From positions 60,828 to 124,827 of the forward strand of contig JACDBH010000004.1 of the NCBI GenBank assembly GCA_013694995.1: a DNA stretch of 64,000 bases. Reading direction: 5' to 3'. A program made the position numbers and the translations under genes. This document shows, in pieces, positions 9,513-17,567 of this stretch; position 1 is the stretch's first letter, and every line of letters starts with the position of its first letter. The notes under the pieces are model-generated. The model did no database searches. It saw only the letters and a program-made list of their open reading frames with translations, and was not told the origin of the DNA. The DNA comes from Candidatus Saccharimonadota bacterium. GTDB taxonomy: Bacteria; Patescibacteriota; Saccharimonadia; Saccharimonadales; JACDBH01.

Positions 9513-10907
9513 TTGAACTGGTCACTTTGGTTTTTCATTTCCGTAGTGGTGGTGCTTGTTGCGCTGCTACTCATTACAAGAAAGAAGGTGTTCCTCATTC
9601 CGTTGGCAGTAGCCATCTGGCTTGCGTTCGACTTCAACGTCTGGATCTGGGTCAAGTGGTTGTTTTGGATCCTCGTGATCCTTGCCTTGGTTTTCTGGCT
9701 TGCCAGAAAACGACGGAAGATGAGAGGTTCTGCCGCACTGGCGTTGGTCATCGCGATCATTGCAGCCAGCTGGTCCGGTGTTTCGGCGGTTGATTGGTTT
9801 GACGACAAAGACGTCGATGACGTTGAGGAAGTGGTTTCGACCATGGACTCAGTCGATGACGTAGTTGTCACCACGTCTACAACCGACGAAGCAACGACGA
9901 CAACGGAGAAGGAAACAACTCCCACAACGACGTCGAAGCCGACCACTACCACGTCGACGACCACGACGACCACTACCACGACATTAGTCGTGGCGGCAGT
10001 CGAGTGCGAGACGTGGAGTGTCAGCCAGTCCGACCCGACCACAACCAAGTGGCTCGAGAATGGATTGACTCCAAATGATCCTGCAAAGGCACAGATGGAG
10101 TTGCTGACGGCGCTGCACGACCACCACGATTTGTTGGGTGGAGCAGCGATGGTGTTTGCCGATGCTCTGCATATTGATCCGGAAACGGTGAAATGGCAGG
10201 AGTTTGCAGAGTCGGGTTGTTTGACGCAGGAAGGCCGTGACATTTTCGTCAAGGTCGAAACCCTGTTGCTTGCTCAGAAATGGGTGTGGCAGCAGCCCTG
10301 TGAGGTTGGGAACGGTACAGGAATCTCGGCTGACGGCAACGTCGTCCGCCGCGATGGCCTTGGCCGGGTAGCCGAATTTGGCTGCTACGTCTTTGCGTCG
10401 GTCGTGATGGGCGAAAACCCTCAGAATCCGGCTGCCGAAGAAACGAGCATCATAATCGGCTCGGTGTCGAAGTTCTGTGGGAATATCAACCCCCCAGGAG
10501 ACACGCCGCACATCCCGCTTGGTCCGACGCCGCAGCCTCCTGCAGAGGAGCCGACGCCGACCACGCAGCCACCGCCAGGGACAACGACGCCAACGCCGAC
10601 GACGCAGCCGCCTTCAACAAGCAGCTCAGTCCCAAGCAAGGCAGTGCCTGCAACGACGGTTCCACCACCCCCGACGACGACGCCGACGGCAACGACAGTG
10701 CAGCCAGCACCGCCACCGCCATCGACGGCCCCGTCGGATACGACACCCGGCAACGTACCTCCGACTACGGTTAATACCGTACCACCGGACAACACGTACA
10801 CCCCCCCGGGTGCTGTCGTCGGTACCACTACACCACCAACCACGGTGGCACTAGCTCCGGCTCCGCCGACCACAACACCTTCGGGTGGGTCGACGCCCTC
10901 GCCGTAA
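9513..10907 (+). CDS. Hypothetical membrane protein with poly-Thr linker, Cys-containing globular domain and Pro/Thr-rich C-terminal tail (high-GC island)
   Basis: TTG start at 9513, 8 nt after the SD AAAGGAGGTGA. Three N-terminal TM helices, a TTTSTTTTTTTTT linker, a ~180-aa domain with six Cys, then a PT-rich tail typical of high-GC actinobacterial secreted proteins. Confidence 0.5.
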   Translation: MNWSLWFFISVVVVLVALLLITRKKVFLIPLAVAIWLAFDFNVWIWVKWLFWILVILALVFWLARKRRKMRGSAALALVIAIIAASWSGVSAVDWFDDKDVDDVEEVVSTMDSVDDVVVTTSTTDEATTTTEKETTPTTTSKPTTTTSTTTTTTTTTLVVAAVECETWSVSQSDPTTTKWLENGLTPNDPAKAQMELLTALHDHHDLLGGAAMVFADALHIDPETVKWQEFAESGCLTQEGRDIFVKVETLLLAQKWVWQQPCEVGNGTGISADGNVVRRDGLGRVAEFGCYVFASVVMGENPQNPAAEETSIIIGSVSKFCGNINPPGDTPHIPLGPTPQPPAEEPTPTTQPPPGTTTPTPTTQPPSTSSSVPSKAVPATTVPPPPTTTPTATTVQPAPPPPSTAPSDTTPGNVPPTTVNTVPPDNTYTPPGAVVGTTTPPTTVALAPAPPTTTPSGGSTPSP

Positions 10908-11106
10908 AGTTGTAGTGGTACATAAGCACCCATCAGTGCTTGGTTGCAGCAATGCAGTCTACTAAATCTGAATGGCCAGGTTATTGGTTGAACCGCTCGT
11001 GTAAGACGAGAAAAACCAAGAAGTGTTGGAATATGACGTTTGGTCTTAATTAGTGCTGGCATTGTCACACTTCCCAAACATGTGTAGTTACAAAAATCAT
11101 AACGAT

Positions 11107-11210
11107 GTCCGAGCTTTACTGCTCCATCTTATGTTGTACATTACGTCCGAGCTTTACTGCTCCGTTTTGTATAGGTACAAGTATGTCCGAGCTTTACTGC
11201 TCCATCTTGT
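11107..11210. repeat. Three tandem direct repeats (38-40 bp period) with a conserved core GTCCGAGCTTTACTGCTCC(A/G)T(C/T)TTGT
   Basis: Core copies begin at 11107, 11145 and 11185. Intervening 14-16 bp segments are related (ttgtaca-like). Followed at 11217-11259 by an imperfect 11-bp-stem hairpin GCGGGGCTGAT...ATCAGCCCCCGC. Confidence 0.7.
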
Positions 11211-11364
11211 ACCGTAGCGGGGCTGATAACCGACCTTTTGGTCAACCATCAGCCCCCGCAGTACCCCCTACATAAACGAATTGTAATGATTTGACTTATC
11301 CCGTTTGCGTTAGCAGACGGTAGAAGTAAAGTCGTTCCTTAACAAAATAAGCATATACATAATA

Positions 11365-11393
11365 TTGACAATTAGAAACTGTTATGCTATAAT
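11365..11393 (+). promoter_or_regulatory. Sigma-70 type promoter (TTGACA-17-TATAAT) upstream of the first LPXTG gene
   Basis: Perfect -35 TTGACA (11365-11370) and -10 TATAAT (11388-11393) with a 17-bp spacer, about 128 bp upstream of the ATG at 11522. Confidence 0.55.
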
Positions 11394-11521
11394 GAGAGTA
11401 TACGATGATGATATCCATGTGAGGTGGAGAATATTCATCCTAAAGCTTTTTAACAATTAGCCATAATCCAAATGATGAATTAAGTATTTTAAGTTCTGTT
11501 TTCACTTTTTTAGGAGGTGAT

Positions 11522-13039
11522 ATGAAACGTTATATTAAGCTTTTAAGCAAGCAATTATTTGTTGCTGCCGCAACCGTCGCGATTGTCGCTGGCGTTGCCG
11601 CAAACACATTTGCTGCTTTTGGTCCAAGCCGGGAAACCCGTGCCTGGACTTCAAATGAAAATGGTTTCGACCATGTTACATTTAACTCGTTTACCGGCGT
11701 ACCAAATGGTATCGGTGACGAGCGTGATTTCCTACGCGGCGTACAAGTTGGACGTGATAGTGTCTGGAGTGATCCAGTTACTAGCGTTAACAACGACACT
11801 GAAGTAGAGATGAAGATCTACATTCATAACAATGCAGATTCTGCCCTAAATGATCAACCGGGTAATCCTGGTGTTGCCAAGAACGTTACAGTTCGTACTG
11901 CATTGCCAACAGGCGCTGCACAGGCACAACAGGTTACAAGTTACATCAAGGCTGACAATGCTCGACCTGGTGAAATTTTCGACACACTAGACCTTACCGG
12001 TAGCAACAGCGGGTTCTTTGAACTCAGCTATATCCCTGGTTCTGCCAAGTTACATACCGGTACACAAGTTAGCGCATTAAGCGACACACTTGTTACGACC
12101 GGCGTGAACATTGGTGACCAGAAGGGTTGCTTCGAATACGTCCGTGAAATTACCTTCCGTGTGAAGGTAAAGATGCCTAGCTACGCTACTCAGAAGACTG
12201 TCCGTAACCACGGCGAAGATTCTACAAAGTGGCGCGAAGTAGCAAATACAAAGATCGGCGACAAAGTCGATTGGCGGATTTGGTTCAAAAACAGCGGCAC
12301 AACCCAACTGAACGCGGTTAAGGTTGTTGACAACCTGCCACCACACGTTCGGGTTGTTCCTGGTAGCGTGAAGCTCTATAACGGCAACTACCCAGTTGCT
12401 AACGGCGGCTACACTTACCCAGCTAGTGCTGTTCAGAATGATGGCAAGCAAGTAAACGTAGATATCGGTGCATATCTTCCTGGCGGTGATGCTTATGTCG
12501 TCTTTACGACCGAAGTTCTCAACGACAAGGAAATTGCCTGTGGCTACCAACAGCTTGCAAACGTTGCTTACACTACGCCTGAAGGCTATGGTGCACTCAA
12601 CGACAGTGCACGTATCAATGTCATCAATGACAAAGAATGTGCAGGCCCTAGCTATATTTGTGAATCATTGACCGTCGACAAAATCGGCGGCCGCAAGGTT
12701 CGCGCTACAGTTAAGGCTCCTGTCAGCGGTAACGCTAAGGTTAAGACTGTCACCTATAATTATGGTGACGCTTCAACCGCTAAAGTTACTGACAAACTTG
12801 TAGACGAATACGAATACAAGGCTGATGGTACTTACAAGATCACTGCTACCGTAACATTTACTGTTAACGGTGCAGACAAAGTCGTTACAAGCGATAACTG
12901 TGCAAAGATGGTTACTTTCACTACTACCCCAACTAAGGAACTTCCTAAGACGGGTGCTGGTAGTATCGTAGGTTTGTTTGCTGCTACCTCATTAGTCGGT
13001 GCAGCTGCTCACAACGTGATCAGCCGCCGCCGTGCTTAA
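11522..13039 (+). CDS. LPXTG-anchored cell-surface protein with DUF11-like repeat domains
   Basis: Strong SD AGGAGGTGA. Signal peptide MKRYIKLLSKQLFVAAATVAIVAGVAANTFA. DUF11-like segments (VKVVDNLPPHVRVVPGSVKLYNG). C-terminal sorting signal LPKTGAGSIVGLFAATSLVGAAAHNVISRRRA (LPXTG + hydrophobic + basic tail). Confidence 0.85.
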   Translation: MKRYIKLLSKQLFVAAATVAIVAGVAANTFAAFGPSRETRAWTSNENGFDHVTFNSFTGVPNGIGDERDFLRGVQVGRDSVWSDPVTSVNNDTEVEMKIYIHNNADSALNDQPGNPGVAKNVTVRTALPTGAAQAQQVTSYIKADNARPGEIFDTLDLTGSNSGFFELSYIPGSAKLHTGTQVSALSDTLVTTGVNIGDQKGCFEYVREITFRVKVKMPSYATQKTVRNHGEDSTKWREVANTKIGDKVDWRIWFKNSGTTQLNAVKVVDNLPPHVRVVPGSVKLYNGNYPVANGGYTYPASAVQNDGKQVNVDIGAYLPGGDAYVVFTTEVLNDKEIACGYQQLANVAYTTPEGYGALNDSARINVINDKECAGPSYICESLTVDKIGGRKVRATVKAPVSGNAKVKTVTYNYGDASTAKVTDKLVDEYEYKADGTYKITATVTFTVNGADKVVTSDNCAKMVTFTTTPTKELPKTGAGSIVGLFAATSLVGAAAHNVISRRRA

Positions 13040-13087
13040 ACTAAGCAGACATAGATACCATTAGAGTACTGACCGCTTAATGAGAAA

Positions 13088-13120
13088 GGCTCCCTTAATT
13101 AATTTAGGGAGCCTTTTCTT
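13088..13120 (+). terminator. Rho-independent terminator after the first LPXTG gene
   Basis: GGCTCCCT (13088-13095), loop taattaattt, AGGGAGCC (13106-13113), followed by TTTTCTT. Confidence 0.7.
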
Positions 13121-13173
13121 ATTCCTAACCCTTTGCCATAAACTAATAAACATATTACACCACATAATTCTAT

Positions 13174-13205
13174 TTTCCGAGGTCCGTCCTCGGAAATTTT
13201 TTTTC
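13174..13205 (+). terminator. Second hairpin plus T-tract (TTTCCGAGGtccgtCCTCGGAAA followed by TTTTTTTT). Copy of a motif repeated at 59961.
   Basis: Perfect 9-bp inverted repeat followed by a T-run. The same 22-nt motif with one mismatch recurs downstream of obg. Confidence 0.55.
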
Positions 13206-13353
13206 GAAAGTCCTTTAATTATGTTAATAATCAATTAAAGCATAAGCAGTGCTGGCTCATATAATTGACAAGTAAAGTAAAGAGCAGTTTAATACTTAAT
13301 GTATAGATGTGAGTATAGCTAGAGGGTGGTAAGGGTAACTAAAGGGGGTTTAT

Positions 13354-14814
13354 ATGAATCAACCTATGTCTTTTATCAAAAAAATAATGCTCTCTGGCAC
13401 TGTGCTTGGGCTGCTTGGTATTTCGAGCATCGCGCTTTTAGGTAAAGGAAGTGCAGCCATATTGCCGCGTGATTGTGATGCAAATGCAATTTTTTACTGT
13501 GGTTCCCTGACGGTAGAAGAGCTGAAGAATGATTACAATACGAATGACGAGAACCGCTACGGCGATATCCCGGCTATTTTTGACCACTTTGGCATTAGCA
13601 AGACTGAAATAAACAGCATCAGCAGCAAGCGGGGAATAGTGAAAGCCGACAATACGGTGTGGATTGACGGCAAGCTTGTCGGAGTCAATGCAAAGACAGC
13701 AGGGCGTACCTATAAGTCAGGTAGCACGGCAATCCCTGGTGCATATGCATATGAACGTTCCCCTTCGGCATCTTTCTCAACTCCATCAACTACTATTGAC
13801 GCTATGATCGGCTATGAAAACGACGTACCGACCTTTGCGGTCTTAAGCGCCTGTGGCAACCCGGTTACCTGGGAGCATCCTCCGGCACCAGCCATAGAAA
13901 TGGAAAAGACTGTCCGTTCCGCCGACAATACCAAGTGGGTAGAGAGCGATACTTTTGCAAATAACAGCACGCTTACTTACCGGATAGTAGTACGAAGTAC
14001 AGGCAAGGCAGCGGATACGAATGTAGTCGTGAGGGACACTTTGCCTTCTTACCAGACGATTGTAGCCGGTTCAGTAAAAGTCAACGGCCAAGATGCAGGC
14101 GCAGCTGGCAACAGCATTGTTGGTGGAGGCTATACACTGTCTAAAGTTGATGCGGGTGCAACTGTAGAAGTTACCTTCCAAGTAAAAGTCTCAGCCCCAG
14201 CCGATAAATGCGGCGAAACTGCGTTCGTCAACAAAGCCAAGGTGGACGGTGACAGCACACCGCTAAAAGAAGATACTGCAAGCGGAAAAGTCAGAGTAGT
14301 ATGCGCCTCTATTAAATGTGAATCACTGACAGCTTCGAATCTGGCAATTAAAGTAGGTGAAGCCAGTACATTAACAGCAAAAGCGGCGCTAGAAAACGCA
14401 GTACTAAACAGCTACGAATTCCGTGTGAACGGCCAGGTTGTTCAGAATACGAGCAGCAATGTCTACACTTATACTGCCACTAAAGAAGGCACCTTCGCTG
14501 TTAAAGTAGTCGTCAAGACAGATAAAGGAGACGCTACAAGCTTAAGCTGTGAAGTAATAATCGGTGTAAGTAAAACTCCCGTTTGCCCATACAACCCACA
14601 GCTGCCTCCGAACAGTTCGGAATGTAAGAGGCCAGAAGTCTGTCCTTACAACTCCAGTCTTCCTCTGAACAGCCCCGACTGCAAGAGGCCTGAAGTTTTA
14701 GGTACAACGACTATCCTGCCTAAAACCGGTGCCGGTAACCTAGCTGCAATATTTACTATTACTAGTGTTGTTGGAGCAGCAGGACATAACCTAATAACCC
14801 GCCGCCGTAGCTAA
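13354..14814 (+). CDS. LPXTG-anchored cell-surface protein with DUF11-like domain and Cys-containing tandem repeats
   Basis: SD AAGGGGG. Signal peptide. DUF11-like segment VVVRDTLPSYQTIVAGSVKVNG. Two tandem 20-aa Cys repeats (CPYNPQLPPNSSECKRPEV / CPYNSSLPLNSPDCKRPEV). Sorting signal LPKTGAGNLAAIFTITSVVGAAGHNLITRRRS. Confidence 0.85.
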   Translation: MNQPMSFIKKIMLSGTVLGLLGISSIALLGKGSAAILPRDCDANAIFYCGSLTVEELKNDYNTNDENRYGDIPAIFDHFGISKTEINSISSKRGIVKADNTVWIDGKLVGVNAKTAGRTYKSGSTAIPGAYAYERSPSASFSTPSTTIDAMIGYENDVPTFAVLSACGNPVTWEHPPAPAIEMEKTVRSADNTKWVESDTFANNSTLTYRIVVRSTGKAADTNVVVRDTLPSYQTIVAGSVKVNGQDAGAAGNSIVGGGYTLSKVDAGATVEVTFQVKVSAPADKCGETAFVNKAKVDGDSTPLKEDTASGKVRVVCASIKCESLTASNLAIKVGEASTLTAKAALENAVLNSYEFRVNGQVVQNTSSNVYTYTATKEGTFAVKVVVKTDKGDATSLSCEVIIGVSKTPVCPYNPQLPPNSSECKRPEVCPYNSSLPLNSPDCKRPEVLGTTTILPKTGAGNLAAIFTITSVVGAAGHNLITRRRS

Positions 14815-15181
14815 AATTGTGGATAAGCGCTGGCTTTAATAGCTGTTTTATGCTACGGTTATGGTGTTCAAGGGCATCGTGACTGACCGCTCCAAAAATT
14901 AAAACCAGTAAATGAGTCGTTGAAAGCTATAGACGGATTCTATCTGTTATGGTAGGATTTTATAGTTCAGTTTTATCGTCTTTTAGCACTATCTAATTCA
15001 AGCCAACCTTATAACCGGCAGTATGAATTTGAAATGCGGCAACTTGCTGTTTGTAGTTTAATAATCGATCAAACCAGGCAGCAAACTTGCCGTTTGAGCG
15101 ATTGAGAGGAGCGACCGGCCAAAAAATAAATTTTAGAGACGGTTTTGTGTCAATAAAAACTAAAAAGTCGCGTTGCAACGT

Positions 15182-15257
15182 GGTCCCTTCGTCTATCGGT
15201 TAGGACACTGGCCAGCTCGGGTTTACCCGAGCAAAGTAATCAGGTCATCCCAGCAAC
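15182..15257 (+). pseudogene. tRNA-Glu 5' fragment (positions 1-30 identical to the intact gene) interrupted by a 33-nt hairpin insertion, lacking T-arm and 3' acceptor
   Basis: 15182-15211 is identical to 15309-15338. The 33-nt insert is 15212-15244 and contains the hairpin GCTCGGGtttaCCCGAGC. 15245-15256 (TCATCCCAGCAA) matches tRNA positions 35-46. Downstream sequence diverges. Confidence 0.45.
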
Positions 15258-15308
15258 TGGGATGAAAAAGGCAGGAATGATTAAATTTTCCTTTACAATA
15301 CGAACTAT

Positions 15309-15383
15309 GGTCCCTTCGTCTATCGGTTAGGACACTGGGTTTTCATCCCAGCAAGAGGAGTTCGACTCTCCTAGGGATCACCA
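15309..15383 (+). tRNA. tRNA-Glu (anticodon UUC), CCA encoded
   Basis: Manual cloverleaf fold. Acceptor GGTCCCT/AGGGATC with one G-U pair. Anticodon stem CTGGG/CCCAG with loop TTTTCAT, anticodon TTC. T-arm GGAGTTCGACTCTCC. 3' CCA at 15381-15383. Confidence 0.85.
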
Positions 15384-15486
15384 TATCGCCCGTTGGTTGT
15401 TAACTATCTAACAGACTTTCCGACTAGGTTTCTCTAAACTGGATTTATCCAAGATAATTTACCTAGGGTATTAAGGAGACTGTTTT

Positions 15487-16266
15487 ATGACTAAAGTTTT
15501 AGAAGGTAAAACGGCTTTAATCACTGGTTCGGATTCTGGAATCGGGCAGGCCACAGCCATTGAGTTTGCTAAGGAGGGCGCCAACGTCGTGATAACCTGG
15601 CATACCGATAAGATTGGAGCTAATAAAACCAAAAAACAAGTTGAGGCCGCCGGTCAAAAAGCTCTGGTAGTTGAGGTTGACTTACGTGATGAAAAAAGTG
15701 TTGAGAAGATGTTCGACCAAGCACTAAAAGAGTTTAAGACGCTAGATATTCTTATGAATAATGCCGGTGTTGACTCTTCGGGGATTGAAGTAGCTGATTT
15801 AGACACCAAGACTTGGGATAATGCGATTAGAACCAATATATATGGCTATTTTTTCTGTTGCCGTCGTTTCATTAATATTCGCAAGAAAGCTGGTGGTGGC
15901 GGGAAGATCATCCAGACTACTTCGGTTCACGCCGAACAGCCGCGGGCTGGCGCTGCCGATTATGACTGTAGCAAAGGTGCTGAGCGTAATTTAACGACCA
16001 CCTTGGCGTTAGAGCTAGCCAAACACAAGATTAACATTAATAGTATTGCACCCGGAATGGTGCTTACCCCTTTTAACCAAGCCGCCATAGATGACCCCAG
16101 AGTTCTGAAGGTGGCCGAAAAGACTATACCCTGGAAGCGGGCAGCCCAACCAAATGAGATTGCCCGAGTAGCGGTATTTTTAGCCTCCGAAGCAGCCGAC
16201 TATATGACCGGTTCTACCGTAACTATGGACGGTGGCCTCATGCAGAATTCCGGCCAAGGCGCCTAA
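15487..16266 (+). CDS. Short-chain dehydrogenase/reductase, glucose 1-dehydrogenase-like
   Basis: TGSDSGIGQATA (NAD(P) binding), NNAG, catalytic YDCSKGA (YxxxK). Overall resemblance to Bacillus-type glucose 1-dehydrogenase SDRs. Confidence 0.75.
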   Translation: MTKVLEGKTALITGSDSGIGQATAIEFAKEGANVVITWHTDKIGANKTKKQVEAAGQKALVVEVDLRDEKSVEKMFDQALKEFKTLDILMNNAGVDSSGIEVADLDTKTWDNAIRTNIYGYFFCCRRFINIRKKAGGGGKIIQTTSVHAEQPRAGAADYDCSKGAERNLTTTLALELAKHKININSIAPGMVLTPFNQAAIDDPRVLKVAEKTIPWKRAAQPNEIARVAVFLASEAADYMTGSTVTMDGGLMQNSGQGA

Positions 16267-16310
16267 GATGCGCTATCGGCACCAAACATTAGATAGTAGA
16301 ATGGCTGACA

Positions 16311-17567
16311 ATGACCGATCAAGATATTAGAGACGAAGTAAAAAAGCAGCTTTTAAGTAACGTCGTTAGGGGCTATTCCAAGCACTTTAAAACTGAATAT
16401 TGTACGCTACAGCCGTCACCCGATACTTATCCTTTTCAATATTTCTGGGATTCTTGCTTTCATATCTTTATTCTTACAGCCGTTGGCGAGCACTCGTTGG
16501 CCACTAGCATTATCAGAAGTCTTTTCAGCATGCAAAAAGATAACGGTTTTGTAGGCCATATTCTTTTCTGGGATAGACTTAGGCCAGCCAAACTAACCGA
16601 TATATTCCAAAACCATCTTAGCGAATCGTTTAGACCCCATATGAGTGCGCTTATCCAACCACCTTTGGCCGCTCAGGCCCTAGAGCGCATTTATTATCAC
16701 ACCAAGGACAAAAAGTTATTAGAAGAAATGGTGCCCAAATTAAAAAAATACTATGACTGGTTAGGTCACAACAGAGATTTAGATGGTGACGGCTTGCTAA
16801 GCATTGTAACTATGTTCGAGACCGGAATGGATTGGAAACCAACTATGGATTCACTGGTAGGTCACAGTGGTAAATCCAGCAGAAGTTTATTTTGGAGGGG
16901 AGTGTCGGTTGACTTTCGTAATTTTAGACTTGGATACGACATTAAAAAAATACATAAGGCTAATAAATTCTTACTCAAAGAGGTGGCCTTTAATACAATC
17001 TATGCTCAAAATTTAGCAGTACTTTCTGAACTGTGCACGCAAATTGACGATAAACAGGCGTCTAAGTACAAGCGATTATCCGATAAAGTCTCAACCTTAA
17101 TTATGAGCAAAATGTACGATTCTGAGGCGGTCGCCTTTTGGGACATAAAGGCCGGCTCTAATGAGCCAATCAAGGTGCTTACACCGACCATATTCTTTCC
17201 CATGGTCCTGCCTATTGTCTCTAAACAAATGGCTCAAGAGCTAATTAAAAGGCATCTTAATAATAAACAGGAATTTGCTACAAACTATCCAATTCCATCG
17301 GTGGCCATTAACGAGGCTTCTTTTAATCAGTTTGAATCAGAGTTTTTGTGGCGCGGACCAACTTGGGTGCTATATAACTGGTTCGTTTACCAGTGTCTGT
17401 TTTGTAAGGGGTTTAAAAAAGAGGCCAAAGCCCTCAGCGGTTCTATCCGGGCCTTAATTAATAAAAGCGGGCTTAGGGAATATTACAATCCATTTACCGG
17501 CGAAGGTTATGGCGCGAAGCATTTCACTTGGTCGGGAGTAGTGGTTGATATGCTCAATTTAAAATAA
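16311..17567 (+). CDS. Glycoside hydrolase, (alpha/alpha)6-barrel catalytic domain (GH37/GH63/GH15-like, trehalase-related)
   Basis: YPFQYFWDSCFHIF resembles trehalase signature 1 (YYWDSY). 418 aa and no signal peptide. Confidence 0.55.
   Translation: MTDQDIRDEVKKQLLSNVVRGYSKHFKTEYCTLQPSPDTYPFQYFWDSCFHIFILTAVGEHSLATSIIRSLFSMQKDNGFVGHILFWDRLRPAKLTDIFQNHLSESFRPHMSALIQPPLAAQALERIYYHTKDKKLLEEMVPKLKKYYDWLGHNRDLDGDGLLSIVTMFETGMDWKPTMDSLVGHSGKSSRSLFWRGVSVDFRNFRLGYDIKKIHKANKFLLKEVAFNTIYAQNLAVLSELCTQIDDKQASKYKRLSDKVSTLIMSKMYDSEAVAFWDIKAGSNEPIKVLTPTIFFPMVLPIVSKQMAQELIKRHLNNKQEFATNYPIPSVAINEASFNQFESEFLWRGPTWVLYNWFVYQCLFCKGFKKEAKALSGSIRALINKSGLREYYNPFTGEGYGAKHFTWSGVVVDMLNLK

Noticed and set aside
8960-11077. 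Long ORFs on the minus strand and in alternative frames across the high-GC island (8960-10252, 9984-10511, 10421-11077, 10477-10854, 9087-9525 etc.)
   Set aside because: High GC suppresses stop codons in every frame. These ORFs have no RBS and give Arg/Gly/Ala-rich nonsense. They are antisense to two RBS-supported genes with coherent TM/PT-rich architecture.
11107-11210. CRISPR array
   Set aside because: Only three repeat copies. The spacers are 14-16 bp and related to each other. The repeat is not palindromic in CRISPR style, and no cas genes are nearby.
14993-15178. 61-aa ORF on the minus strand upstream of the tRNA region
   Set aside because: It lies in A/T-rich intergenic DNA with no RBS, and it ends adjacent to the pseudo-tRNA. 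Most likely non-coding.
15182-15257. Functional intron-containing tRNA (group I intron)
   Set aside because: The insert is only 33 nt, and the copy lacks a T-arm and a 3' acceptor strand. Treated as a pseudo-tRNA/att scar.
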